Of a DNA stretch of 64,000 bases, positions 17,609 to 27,496 are shown piece after piece. This stretch comes from Asaia bogorensis (GTDB taxonomy: Bacteria; Pseudomonadota; Alphaproteobacteria; Acetobacterales; Acetobacteraceae), in assembly GCA_943333505.2 (NCBI GenBank), contig CALQTN020000010.1, forward strand, positions 13,741 to 77,740. Direction: 5' to 3'. Made by a program: the position numbers and the translations under genes. The notes beneath the pieces were generated by a model. The model searched no databases, was not told the origin of the DNA, and was given only the letters and a program-made list of their open reading frames with translations. Each line of letters starts with the position of its first letter. The stretch's first letter is position 1.

Positions 17609-18607
17609 TTATTCTGTTACAGAACCGCTGTCGCTGGGGTTTCTGGCCCTCGGGCCAGGGGCGATCGGGATTGTTCGCCGCCGCCGCACGCCGAGCAGAC
17701 CGGAAAAGCCGAGGGCCAGCACGCCAAGCGTTGCTGGTTCCGGCACCACCGCGTTCGGCAAGGACGCCAGATCCAGGCCGCCGGCGTTGAAATTGTTGTA
17801 GGGATTCAAGATGTTGGAAGCGACCTCGGTCCGGCCGAAGCCTGGCAGGGCGTAGGTGAAGATGTCATCGTAGCCGTCACCGTCCAGCGCGAATAATACG
17901 CCAGCCGTATCGGCACTGCCCGCCGCCAGTCCGGAATTATAGAGCAGTAAAGTATTCAACGTATCATTATCCGACGCGGTATCGACAAACGCCAGGGTCG
18001 CCACACCGGTGGATAGATCCAGCGTGTACAAACTCGGTCCGGCTGAAGCATCATAGACTGACAAATACGTCGTCCCATCCGCCATTTCGGCAAGATCGGT
18101 CGCGGGGAAGAAATTCATTGCGTTGCCGCCCGAGGTAAGTGCCACCTCGGAAATGATCGTGCCGTCCAGAGGGTCGATGCGCAGCAGCTTGTTGCCAACC
18201 GAATCGACCGCCCAGAGCCGGTTATAGCGATCGAACATGGCGCCGCGCAGGCTGCGGCTCGTGTAGGTTGTACCCAACAGATTGGCGACCGCTGTGGTAG
18301 CGTTGATGCCGATCAGGGTGGAGGTCGGGGCAGCGAAGGTGCCCCCCACCATGAAGCCGCGCAGGCCGTAAGTGGCGGATAATGCCAGGCCATCGGCATC
18401 GATCCCAACGCTGTCCACGGTCATCGCGCCGATCATCGTCGGCGTGACACCGCCAGTGTCGGAGAAGTTGAACAAATAGGCTGGTGCGAGGGTTGAAGGC
18501 CCGTTGTCGGAGGCTGATTTCAAACCGTAGATGATTTCGGCCTGAACTGGCGCAACAATGGCGCAGCAGGCGAGGAAAATCGCGGTCCTGAGGATCGAAT
18601 GCAACAT
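17609..18607 (-). CDS. PEP-CTERM sorting-domain secreted protein (with atypical 21-aa extension after the RRRR)
   Basis: Signal peptide MLHSILRTAIFLACCAIVAPVQA. C-terminal VPEPATLGVLALGFSGLLGVRRRR followed by TIPIAPGPRARNPSDSGSVTE*. Confidence 0.75.
   Translation of the reverse strand: MLHSILRTAIFLACCAIVAPVQAEIIYGLKSASDNGPSTLAPAYLFNFSDTGGVTPTMIGAMTVDSVGIDADGLALSATYGLRGFMVGGTFAAPTSTLIGINATTAVANLLGTTYTSRSLRGAMFDRYNRLWAVDSVGNKLLRIDPLDGTIISEVALTSGGNAMNFFPATDLAEMADGTTYLSVYDASAGPSLYTLDLSTGVATLAFVDTASDNDTLNTLLLYNSGLAAGSADTAGVLFALDGDGYDDIFTYALPGFGRTEVASNILNPYNNFNAGGLDLASLPNAVVPEPATLGVLALGFSGLLGVRRRRTIPIAPGPRARNPSDSGSVTE
17616..17687 (+). other. Second PEP-CTERM-type tail encoded antisense to the 3' extension of the gene above (remnant or mini-gene)
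   Basis: Plus-strand codons give VTEPLSLGFLALGPGAIGIVRRRR: 24 codons, mirror-symmetric to the minus-strand tail. No convincing start codon upstream. Confidence 0.3.
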
Positions 18608-18661
18608 TTTACCTCTCCACGTGGGGCAAAAACCTGCCCGCTGAAATACCGCGCCGCCCTA

Positions 18662-19420
18662 TCACGCGCGGCCCGAGGCATCAAATCCCTGATTGGATCG
18701 CAGCAATTCCTGCGTATATGGGTGGCTCACCTGCCCCGCCGCCAAGGAGTCGGCGGTGGTGGTTTCGAGCAACTCCCCGCCGCTCATCACCCCGATGCGT
18801 TCACATAAATGCGCGATTACCGCGAGGTCGTGGCTGACCATCAGCACGGTCAGGCTGCGCTCGCGCCGTAATCGGGTCAGTAAATTGAGAATTTCCGCCT
18901 GTACCGACACATCAAGCGCGCTGGTCGGTTCATCGAGCAACAGAACGCGTGGTTCGAGGATCAGCGCGCGGGCAATCGCGACCCGCTGACGCTGGCCGCC
19001 CGAAAGCTGATGCGGGTAACGGAAGCGATGTTCGCGACCCAGCCCGACCTCGGCTAAAGCGGCGGGAACCCGGCGATCGGCGTCACCCAGTTTGTGGATG
19101 GCGATCGGCATCGACAGGGTCTGGTCGACGGTATGGTTGGGATGCAGTGACCCGTACGGGTCCTGAAACACCATCTGGGTCATCCGGCGTTGCGCGGTGG
19201 TGCGCCGGCGCCCCATGTCGTGGCCATCTAGCAAGACCGTGCCAGTTGCGTGCGGGATCAGCCCGGCAATCGCGCGCAAGACGGTGGATTTGCCTGAACC
19301 TGACTCGCCGACCAGCCCGAACGCCTCGCCCTCGGACACGCGCAGCGACACATCACGTACCGCCGCGATCCGGCGCGCGCCTTTGCCGTAAAACACACTG
19401 GTGTGGTCGAGGACGATCAC
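18662..19420 (-). CDS. ABC transporter ATP-binding protein (peptide/nickel type, DppF/OppF-like)
   Basis: Walker [10 protein letters not shown], signature LSGGQRQRVAIARAL, Walker B LLLDEPTSALD. Confidence 0.85.
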   Translation of the reverse strand: MIVLDHTSVFYGKGARRIAAVRDVSLRVSEGEAFGLVGESGSGKSTVLRAIAGLIPHATGTVLLDGHDMGRRRTTAQRRMTQMVFQDPYGSLHPNHTVDQTLSMPIAIHKLGDADRRVPAALAEVGLGREHRFRYPHQLSGGQRQRVAIARALILEPRVLLLDEPTSALDVSVQAEILNLLTRLRRERSLTVLMVSHDLAVIAHLCERIGVMSGGELLETTTADSLAAGQVSHPYTQELLRSNQGFDASGRA

Positions 19421-20262
19421 GACAGATCCTCCAGCCAGGCCGGATCGCGCTGCAATTGCGGCAACTCGGCGCGGCGGTGGCCGAGTTCGGGCAAGGCGGC
19501 AAGCAGGCCGCGGGTGTACGGGTGGGTGGCGTTGGCGAGGTTGCCGGCTTCGCAGGTTTCCACGACTTGGCCGGCATACATCACCAGTACCCGGTCGCAG
19601 AACGATGACACCAGATGCAGGTTGTGGCTAACCAGGATCAGTCCCATGCCGCGGCTGCGCACCAGATTATCCATGATCGCCAGGACCTGGGTCTGCACGG
19701 TGACGTCGAGCGCGCTGGTCGGTTCGTCGGCGATCAGGATATCGGGGCCGGCGATCAGCATCATCGCGATCATGATACGCTGCCCCATGCCGCCGGAGAC
19801 CTGATGCGGATAGAGGTCGTAAACGCGTTCTGGATCGCGGATCTGCACGGCTTCGAGCATTTCGAGTGCGGCGAGGCGGGCGGCCTGTCGGCCTGCGCGG
19901 ACATGCTGGCGATGGGTTTCGGCGATCTGGTCACCGACCCGCATTACTGGATCGAGCGAATATTTCGGGTCCTGCAGCACCATCGCAATGCGCTTGCCGC
20001 GCAGTTTGCGGAAACCAGCCTCGGAGAGCTTCGTCAGGTCGGTGTCGCCCAGGCGCATTTCATCGGCGGTGATCCGACCGGGGGCGGCAACGAGGCCCAT
20101 GATGGCGCGGCCGGTGGTGGATTTGCCGGACCCGGATTCGCCGACAATACCCAGCCGTTCGCGTCCAAGGGTGAAGCTGACATTGCGGACGGCAGCGAAA
20201 TCGCCGTCATCGCCGGGATAGACCACGCGCAAATTGCGCACCGACAGCAGCGTATCGGTCAC
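19417..20262 (-). CDS. ABC transporter ATP-binding protein (DppD/OppD-like)
   Basis: [35 protein letters not shown]. 4-nt overlaps with both neighbours. Confidence 0.85.
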   Translation of the reverse strand: MTDTLLSVRNLRVVYPGDDGDFAAVRNVSFTLGRERLGIVGESGSGKSTTGRAIMGLVAAPGRITADEMRLGDTDLTKLSEAGFRKLRGKRIAMVLQDPKYSLDPVMRVGDQIAETHRQHVRAGRQAARLAALEMLEAVQIRDPERVYDLYPHQVSGGMGQRIMIAMMLIAGPDILIADEPTSALDVTVQTQVLAIMDNLVRSRGMGLILVSHNLHLVSSFCDRVLVMYAGQVVETCEAGNLANATHPYTRGLLAALPELGHRRAELPQLQRDPAWLEDLS

Positions 20263-21152
20263 GACCGACTATCCGACACGTCGCGCAACCCGTCGCCAAG
20301 CAGGTTGAAGCCGAGCGAGGTCACGAAAATCGCCAGACCCGGCAAGGTCGCCACCCACCACTGGTCGAGCAGCACCTGGCGCCCGGAGGACACCATCGCC
20401 CCCCACTCGGCTGATGGCGGTTGCGCGCCGAGGCCGAGAAAGCCGAGGCCGGCGGCGGTCAGGATGATGCCGGCCATGTCGAGGGTGAGGCGGATGATCA
20501 CACTCGGGAGCGACAGCGGCAAAATTTGCGTGAGCAGGATGCGCAGATGCGACGCGCCGAGCAGTTCGGCGGCCTGGATGAATTCGGCGTTGCGCCGTGT
20601 CAGGGTTTCGGCCCGGGCGAGACGCGCGTATGGCGGCCAGGCGGTCAGCGCGATGGCGATAACCGCGTTTTCGATGCCCGGGCCAAGCGCTGCCGCAAAC
20701 GCCAGCGCCAGCACCAGTCTGGGAAACGCCAGAAAGATATCGGTGATGCGCATCAGCACCGCATCGACCCACCCGCCGAAATACCCGGCCGGCAGTCCGA
20801 TCGCGAGGCCGATCGGCACAACGATGGCGCTGACCAGGAACACGATCACCAGGGTAATGCGGGCACCGAAGATCATCCGTGTCATGATGTCGCGGCCCAG
20901 TTCGTCCGTGCCGAACCAATGCTGCCACGACCAAGGTTGCAGCCGATCTTCCAGAACTTGCTGCACCGCGAGGTTACGGTCGGCAATCAGCGGGGCGAAA
21001 ATAGCCACCAGTAAAAGCAGCACGACAATCACGAGGCCAGTCATTGCCAGCGAATTGCGTTGCAGCGCGAGCCAGGCGCGGAACCATCCGCCCAGCCGTG
21101 CCTGCCCGCGGGAAGCCGGAGCGGGATCGAGCAGCCATTCCCGCATGGTCAT
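20259..21152 (-). CDS. ABC transporter permease (DppC/OppC-like)
   Basis: 297 aa, multi-span, with the binding-protein-dependent transport EAA-type loop region (AAELLGASHLRIL). Confidence 0.8.
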   Translation of the reverse strand: MTMREWLLDPAPASRGQARLGGWFRAWLALQRNSLAMTGLVIVVLLLLVAIFAPLIADRNLAVQQVLEDRLQPWSWQHWFGTDELGRDIMTRMIFGARITLVIVFLVSAIVVPIGLAIGLPAGYFGGWVDAVLMRITDIFLAFPRLVLALAFAAALGPGIENAVIAIALTAWPPYARLARAETLTRRNAEFIQAAELLGASHLRILLTQILPLSLPSVIIRLTLDMAGIILTAAGLGFLGLGAQPPSAEWGAMVSSGRQVLLDQWWVATLPGLAIFVTSLGFNLLGDGLRDVSDSRS

Positions 21153-22204
21153 GAATTTCCTCGCGCACGCGGATCAACCAGGGTGTAAACCACGTCCGAC
21201 AGCATGTTCAGCGCAATATAGACGACCCCGACCAGCACCGTTCCTCCCAGCACCGCGTTGAGATCGGCGGCGAACAACGAATTCTTCAGATATAGCCCGA
21301 GGCCAGGCCAGGCGAACACGGTTTCAGTCAACACCGCGCCTTCCAGCAAGCTGCCAAACGTCAGCGCGATGACGGTGATCAGTTGCACCCAAACATTTCC
21401 TAACGCGTGGACCCAGATCACCCGCGCAGGTGACAATCCCTTGGCCAGGGCCGCGAGGATATATTCCTGCTTCAACTGGCTCAGCATGAAGCTGCGGGTC
21501 ATCCGGGCCACGGTTGCAATCGAAATATAGCCGAGGATGGAGGCCGGCAGTGCCAGATGCCCGATCACGTTCCAGAAAACCTCGCCCTCGCCGGCCAGCA
21601 GGCTGTCGATGGTCAGCAATCCGGTCACGGTGGGGACCATATCGTCAAACCCAACATCAATCCGGCCGGGACCCTCGACCCAACCGAGTTTGGCGTAGAA
21701 CAGCAACAGCCCGATCAACCCGAGCCAGAACACCGGCATCGAATAGCCAATCAAGGAGAAAAATCGGATCAGCTGATCCGGCCAACGCCCGCGATTAACG
21801 GCGGCATAAACCCCGAGCGGAATGCCGCCGATCACGCCGATCACCAGCGCGAGGGTCGCAAGTTCAATCGTTGCGGGAAACACGTGCAGGAGATCGGTCA
21901 GCACCGGGTGGGCGGTCATCACCGAATTGCCGAAGTCGCCGGTCACCACTTTCTTCAGATAGGTCCAGTACTGGACCAGCAGCGGCTGATCGAGGCCGAG
22001 CTGCAGGCGGACCCGTTCATAGGTTTCATTGCTGGCCTTATCGCCGACAATGGCCAGCACCGGATCGATCGGGATAACCCGCCCAATAACGAACGTGACG
22101 CAGGTCAGACCCAAAAAGGTCAGCCCAACCGAGCCGATCAGATTTGCGAAAATCCGCAGCGGCGCTGCCATACGCAGCGCCGCCACCCGAATGGGATTCA
22201 GCAT
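21149..22204 (-). CDS. ABC transporter permease (DppB/OppB-like)
   Basis: Multi-span protein ending VVYTLVDPRARGNS, typical of DppB. Start taken at Met28 (22204) to clear the upstream SBP gene. Confidence 0.8.
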   Translation of the reverse strand: MLNPIRVAALRMAAPLRIFANLIGSVGLTFLGLTCVTFVIGRVIPIDPVLAIVGDKASNETYERVRLQLGLDQPLLVQYWTYLKKVVTGDFGNSVMTAHPVLTDLLHVFPATIELATLALVIGVIGGIPLGVYAAVNRGRWPDQLIRFFSLIGYSMPVFWLGLIGLLLFYAKLGWVEGPGRIDVGFDDMVPTVTGLLTIDSLLAGEGEVFWNVIGHLALPASILGYISIATVARMTRSFMLSQLKQEYILAALAKGLSPARVIWVHALGNVWVQLITVIALTFGSLLEGAVLTETVFAWPGLGLYLKNSLFAADLNAVLGGTVLVGVVYIALNMLSDVVYTLVDPRARGNS

Positions 22205-22235
22205 ACGGGCCAGGTCTTCCTGCGCGGCTGGTCGG

Positions 22236-23834
22236 TTAGGCCTTCTTGGCGGTACGGTAGAAGTTGAGATCCTCGGTGATCCCAAGCTTGAAGCCCGACA
22301 CGTTTTTACGCGAGGTCATCTGGGCAACATTCTGGAACATCAGCACGAACGGCCCATCGGCGGTAACCTTCTTCTGAAGGTCTTCGTACATGGTCTTGCG
22401 CTTGCCGTCGTCGAGTTCCTTGGCGGCGGCAGCCGTCTGCGCCGAGATGTCCTTGATATCCCAATTATTGCGCCAAGCCAGCGGCTTGGTGGCTGGGGTG
22501 TCGGAATTATCGGTGTTGCGGGCGAAGGTATCGGCATTGGTGTGCGGATCGAAATAGTCCGGACCCCAGCTCATCACCACCATCTGGTGCTTGCGGGCGC
22601 GATACTCACCGATCACAGTCTTGCGATCGGCCGGAAGAATTTCGACCTTGATGCCAGCCTGGCCCAGTGTCTGCTGCACCGATTGCGCGATCTCGGTATT
22701 AGGTGAGGTGTTGGATGCGTTCATCTTAATGGTGAAGCCATCCGGGTAGCCAGCTTCAGCCAGCAACGCCTTCGCCTTGGCAACATCAAGCTTGAAGGGC
22801 TTGTAGGCGATGGCGCCAAAGAAGCCGACCGGCAGGAAGCTCTGCTGGACGAAGAACTGGCCCTTGAACAGGGTGTTCACCATGCCGTCATAATCAACCA
22901 GCATTTTGATCGCGGTGCGCACCTTGGGGTTCTTCAGGCGCTCATCGGACATGTTGAGCGCGATATAGAAGGTGTTGGCGCCGGCAAAATCCTCAACCCG
23001 GAGGTCCTTGTTGGGCTGCACGGCCTTGATCATATCCGACGTCAGGTCACGGGCAATATCGACATCGCCTTTTTCCACCAGCAGGCGCTGGGTTGCGGGC
23101 TCGGGGATATGGCGGATAACGATCCGCTTGAGGATGGGCGCGCCCATCCGGAAGCCGGCAAATGCTTCCATGGTGACCGACTCATTGGCCTTCCATGACA
23201 CAAGTTTATAGGCCCCGGAGGCGGCGGAGTTGGTCTTCAGCCAGGTGTTGCCGTGATCGCCGTCCTTCTCGTTCGCAAGCGCGACCTTCTTCTCGATCAC
23301 CGAGGCGATGATCGAGGTCATCAGGTTCAACACCATCGACGGTGCGTAATTTTCGGTGATGGTAAACTGCAGCGTGTCGGCCGAGGTCGCCTTTACAAGA
23401 TCCTTAACGTTCGCCTTGGTCCAGCCAAGCTGGGTAATCAGGAAGGCCGGGGTCTTGTCCATCAGGACCACGCGCTGCAAGGACCAGGCGGCATCCTCGG
23501 CGGTGATCGCGGCGCCCGAGTGGAATTTCAGGCCGGGGCGAATTTTGAACACGAACACCTTGCCGTCGGCGCTGACCGTCCAGCTTGCGGCGATACCGCC
23601 GACCATTTTGGTCACGTCCTCGGCTTCGTAGCGCAGAATGCGGTCATACAAATTGGTGCAGACCTCAATGCCGCTCAGCTCGTAGGCTTCGCCCGGATCA
23701 AGGGTGATGATGTCATCGATCTGTTTGGCAACCACCAGCGTGTCTTTGGGGGTGGCGGCCCAGGCAGGGGTTTGCAGCACGAGCGGCAGAGTGGCGGCGC
23801 CGGCGAGGGCTTGGCGGCGGGTGAGGTTGGCCAT
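22236..23834 (-). CDS. ABC transporter substrate-binding protein, family 5 (peptide/opine/nickel), Tat signal
   Basis: MANLTRRQALAGAATLPLVLQTPAWA twin-arginine leader. 532 aa, family-5 SBP length and composition. Confidence 0.85.
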   Translation of the reverse strand: MANLTRRQALAGAATLPLVLQTPAWAATPKDTLVVAKQIDDIITLDPGEAYELSGIEVCTNLYDRILRYEAEDVTKMVGGIAASWTVSADGKVFVFKIRPGLKFHSGAAITAEDAAWSLQRVVLMDKTPAFLITQLGWTKANVKDLVKATSADTLQFTITENYAPSMVLNLMTSIIASVIEKKVALANEKDGDHGNTWLKTNSAASGAYKLVSWKANESVTMEAFAGFRMGAPILKRIVIRHIPEPATQRLLVEKGDVDIARDLTSDMIKAVQPNKDLRVEDFAGANTFYIALNMSDERLKNPKVRTAIKMLVDYDGMVNTLFKGQFFVQQSFLPVGFFGAIAYKPFKLDVAKAKALLAEAGYPDGFTIKMNASNTSPNTEIAQSVQQTLGQAGIKVEILPADRKTVIGEYRARKHQMVVMSWGPDYFDPHTNADTFARNTDNSDTPATKPLAWRNNWDIKDISAQTAAAAKELDDGKRKTMYEDLQKKVTADGPFVLMFQNVAQMTSRKNVSGFKLGITEDLNFYRTAKKA

Positions 23835-24001
23835 GGAAAAGCTCCTTCGGATCGAGACGATGGCTAATTAGGCATTACCCGGCACGGGAGCGCAAGTCAC
23901 TTCCGCGCGGGTTGCATGACCACGACCTTGCCGCTTTCTGATTGACGATGAGCACCGTGCGATGCAGGCTCTCCCAAGAGCAAAAAAGAGCCAAGTGTCC
24001 C

Positions 24002-25348
24002 ATGCGTATTTCCCGCCGCGACAACACCCCAGACAATGCCGCGATGATTGGTTTCACCAATTTACATCGCGCCCGCACCACAAGACCGATGGTGGTCGAA
24101 AAAGGCCGTGGCATTTTCCTGATTGACGAGAATGGTCGGGAATACATCGAGGGCTGCGCGTCTTTTTACAGCGCCGCATTGGGGTTCTCCGACCAGGATT
24201 TGATCGAGGCGGCGATCCGCCAGATGCGTAGTTTGCCGGCTTTCGCGTCAGGCATCTACCGCACCGTGCCGGTGGTGCTGGCGCTGGCCGAGAAACTCGC
24301 GTCCCTCGCGCCGCAAGCCAATGCGCGCGTGTCCTTCGCCTCCACCGGGTCGGAGGCCAATGACTTCCTGATCAAATTCATGCGCTTTCGCAACGCCCAT
24401 CGCGGCGAACCCAACCGCACCAAGGTGATCGCGCGCGCCGGCAGCTATCATGGCGGCACCATGGCGACCGCCCCGCTCGGCGGGTTTCCGGGCACCGCAC
24501 GCGCTTTCAACCTGCCAATGGACGACGTGATCACGGTCAGCCAGCCAGATTACGTCAACGCAGCCCTCCCCGACGAACCGGAAGACGCCTTCACCGCGCG
24601 CATGCTCGCCGAAATCGAGCAGGCGATCGAACAGGCCGGCCCTGCAACTGTCGGTGCCATGATCCTCGATCCGGTATCCTACAGCGCCGGCTGCGCCATC
24701 CCGCCGAAAGGGTATTTTGAGGGGTTGCGCGCGCTGCTCGACCGCTATGGGGTGCTGCTGTTCGATGATGAGGTGATCACCGGATTTTGCCGCACCGGCA
24801 ATCTGTTTGCTGCTGAAACCTTTGGCATTCGCGCCGATTGCATGACGCTGGCTAAGGGTCTGTCGGCCGCCTACATGCCGATTTCCGCCATCGTCATGGA
24901 CGGCGACTTTTATGACGCGCTCGAACGCGGATCGGACGAGGAAGGCGCGTTCGCCCATGCCGCCACCTATGCCGGGCACCCGGTTGCCGCGGCCGTGGCG
25001 CTGCGGATGATCGAGATCATCGAGGAACGCGACCTGCTGAGCCATGTTCGCGGCATCGTGCCGCACCTGCAACGCCATATCCATGGGTTTGCCGGGCATC
25101 CGATGGTGTTCAACACACGCGCCATCGGCCTTGGCGGCGCGGTTCAGTTCCGCTCCCTGCCCGATGCCCCGGGCGTGCTCGGCCAGGCGATGCAGGCGGC
25201 GATGATGGATGAGGGATTGCTGCTGCGGGTGGTCCAGGACACCATCAATTTCGCCCCACCCCTGATCATCACCGCGGCTGAAACCGACGAAATGTTCGCC
25301 CGCTTCACCCGCGCGCTCGCCACCGTCGAACAGGCGCACGGCGTATGA
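24002..25348 (+). CDS. Class III (omega-) aminotransferase
   Basis: GFSDQDLIEA..., STGSEANDF, DEVITGFCRTGNLFA and PLP Lys context in TLAKGLSA. Start ambiguous (23942 TTG, 24002 ATG, 24044 ATG). Confidence 0.85.
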   Translation: MRISRRDNTPDNAAMIGFTNLHRARTTRPMVVEKGRGIFLIDENGREYIEGCASFYSAALGFSDQDLIEAAIRQMRSLPAFASGIYRTVPVVLALAEKLASLAPQANARVSFASTGSEANDFLIKFMRFRNAHRGEPNRTKVIARAGSYHGGTMATAPLGGFPGTARAFNLPMDDVITVSQPDYVNAALPDEPEDAFTARMLAEIEQAIEQAGPATVGAMILDPVSYSAGCAIPPKGYFEGLRALLDRYGVLLFDDEVITGFCRTGNLFAAETFGIRADCMTLAKGLSAAYMPISAIVMDGDFYDALERGSDEEGAFAHAATYAGHPVAAAVALRMIEIIEERDLLSHVRGIVPHLQRHIHGFAGHPMVFNTRAIGLGGAVQFRSLPDAPGVLGQAMQAAMMDEGLLLRVVQDTINFAPPLIITAAETDEMFARFTRALATVEQAHGV

Positions 25349-27486
25349 CCCCGCTTGCGCTGATCGGCTACACGGATCGCTGGTCAGTACGCGCCGGCGG
25401 GTCCATCGCGGTGCAGGTGTCCAGCAAAGCATCGGAGTTCCGCGCCGATCTGGTGCGCATTCGTAGCGCCGATCCCAATCCGGCAGGACCTGGCTTGCGC
25501 TTTGACGACGTGACGGCAGGTTTCGCCGGCAGCTATCCCGGCCGTGTGCAGCCGATCCAGAGCGGATCGTATGGTGAGATCGATCTCGCCGGTCTAGAGT
25601 TGCCAGCGGAATGGACGGTGTCGATCCGGGTGCAGCCCTGGATGCTGGATGGCAGGCCCCAGGCGGCGCTGGCTTGGGACAATCTGGCGATATACGTCAC
25701 CAGCGATGGCGCTGAATTGCGGGTCGGCGCGCAGGTCTGTCGCGTGGCGGCACCTATGCTGGAACGGCGTTGGTACGAACTCAGGGTTATCGCCTCGGGC
25801 GGCACGTTGCGGCTGATGCAAATCCCGCTGCAGGTCGATTGGGGCACCGGCGGGCAAGGTGTGGCCATCATGGCAGCCAGCGTCGCCGCGCCGACCGCGA
25901 TGCGGCTCGCGGCAGGCGTGCCGCTGGCCGACCATCTTAACGGTCGGCTCGAACATCCGATGCTTCTGCATGGCGCGATCGATGCGGCAACGCCGATCGA
26001 GCCGGATGTTTTGCCGCGCGCCGCCTTCATCGCCTGGTGGGATTTCTCCTGCGACATCCCGACCCAGGCGATCACCGATCGCGGCCCGCACCGTCTGCAC
26101 GGAACGCTGGTGAACCTGCCGACGCGGGCCATGCGCGGGGCATTCTGGCGCGGCGACGAGATGCGCTGGGCCGACGCACCCGACCAATACGCCGCCGTGC
26201 ATTTCCATGCCGACGATCTTTATGATTGCGGCTGGGACACCGCTTTCAGCTTCGACGTGCCCGACACCCTGCCCAGCGGGGTTTATGGCATCCGGCTCCG
26301 CGCCGGCACCGACGAGGATATTCTGCCGATCTTCATCCTGCCACCGCCGGGCACTGCGACGGCCAAAGTTGCGCTATTGTTCCCGACCTACACGTATCAG
26401 GTCTATGCGAATTACGACCGCGCCAATTTCGACGAGGCCTATCGCGCCCGCCGTGCTGATTGGGGCGTCTATCCGCATCATCCCGCCGAACATAAGGAAC
26501 TTGGCCTATCGACCTATGACTGGCATGGCGATGGCTCCGGCGTCGCATTTTCATCAATCCGCCGCCCGGTGCTGACCTTCCGGCCCGGCCAGATCGCCTA
26601 TGTCGATCCGCGCGGGTCGGGCCTGCGCCATTTCCCGGCCGACATGCACCTCGCGGTCTGGCTCGATGCGATGGGCATTGCCTGGGACGCGATCACCGAT
26701 CATGACGTTGAACGCGAGGGCGTGGCGTTGCTCGCACGTTATCGCTGCGCGCTCACCGGATCGCATCCCGAATACCAGAGCCTTGGGACGCTCGATGCGC
26801 TGCGCGACTGGCTGGCCGAGGGCGGCAGGCTGGCCTATCTCGGCGGTAACGGCTTCTACTGGCGGGTCGCGACCTCAGCCGCTGCGCCCGACGCGCTCGA
26901 ACTGCGCCGCACCGAGGGCGGCACACGGGCGTGGGCTGCGGAACCGGGCGAGTATTACCAGCAATTCGATGGTGGCTATGGCGGGTTATGGCGCCGTCAG
27001 GCCCGTGCGCCACAACAGCTCGTCGGCGTCGGGTTCACCGCACAAGGGCGCTTCGAAGGCTCGTATTACCGTCGCAACAAGGAGTCTTACGCCCCCGACC
27101 TCGCCTGGATCTTCGATGGCATCGCGGGCGAGATCATTGGCGATTTCGGCTTCTCGGGCGGGGGTGCTGCGGGCTTCGAGCTGGACCGCGCCGATCCGCT
27201 GCTCGGCACCCCGCCCAATGTCCGGCTGCTGTGCCGGTCCGAAGTGCACGGCGCAAGCTTTGGCGTCACGCCGGAGGATCTGCTGGTGCCGCCGGCCAAC
27301 GCGCCGCCCACCAACGCGCCGGACCCGCTGATCCGCAGCGACATGGTATATTTCGATACCGCAAAGGGTGGAGCCGTGTTCTCGACCGGCTCAATCACCT
27401 TCCTTGGCAGCTTGCCATGGAATAATTTCGACAATCAGATCTCGACCTTGATCCGCAACGTTGTCATGCGCTTCAGCCGCGACTGA
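25345..27486 (+). CDS. N,N-dimethylformamidase large (beta) subunit-like family protein
   Basis: N-terminus LIGYTDRWSVRAGGSIAVQVSSKASEFRADLVRIRSADPNPAGPGLRF matches the family pattern as I recall it. 713 aa. ATGA overlap with the aminotransferase. Confidence 0.7.
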   Translation: MTPLALIGYTDRWSVRAGGSIAVQVSSKASEFRADLVRIRSADPNPAGPGLRFDDVTAGFAGSYPGRVQPIQSGSYGEIDLAGLELPAEWTVSIRVQPWMLDGRPQAALAWDNLAIYVTSDGAELRVGAQVCRVAAPMLERRWYELRVIASGGTLRLMQIPLQVDWGTGGQGVAIMAASVAAPTAMRLAAGVPLADHLNGRLEHPMLLHGAIDAATPIEPDVLPRAAFIAWWDFSCDIPTQAITDRGPHRLHGTLVNLPTRAMRGAFWRGDEMRWADAPDQYAAVHFHADDLYDCGWDTAFSFDVPDTLPSGVYGIRLRAGTDEDILPIFILPPPGTATAKVALLFPTYTYQVYANYDRANFDEAYRARRADWGVYPHHPAEHKELGLSTYDWHGDGSGVAFSSIRRPVLTFRPGQIAYVDPRGSGLRHFPADMHLAVWLDAMGIAWDAITDHDVEREGVALLARYRCALTGSHPEYQSLGTLDALRDWLAEGGRLAYLGGNGFYWRVATSAAAPDALELRRTEGGTRAWAAEPGEYYQQFDGGYGGLWRRQARAPQQLVGVGFTAQGRFEGSYYRRNKESYAPDLAWIFDGIAGEIIGDFGFSGGGAAGFELDRADPLLGTPPNVRLLCRSEVHGASFGVTPEDLLVPPANAPPTNAPDPLIRSDMVYFDTAKGGAVFSTGSITFLGSLPWNNFDNQISTLIRNVVMRFSRD

Positions 27487-27496
27487 TGTCCTGATG

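Noticed and set aside
17331-17801. 156-aa plus-strand ORF as a complete gene
   Set aside because: Its N-terminal half is antisense to the amidase pseudogene, and its C-terminal third is antisense to the real PEP-CTERM gene. Only the central PEP-CTERM-like 24 codons look meaningful; they are reported separately as a remnant.
19615-21261. 548-aa plus-strand ORF
   Set aside because: It is antisense to the ABC ATPase and permease genes, which carry Walker and signature motifs. Its composition is Arg/Ala/Ser-rich and it crosses two real gene boundaries.
24248-25432. 394-aa minus-strand ORF
   Set aside because: It is antisense to the class III aminotransferase. No motifs; a shadow ORF.
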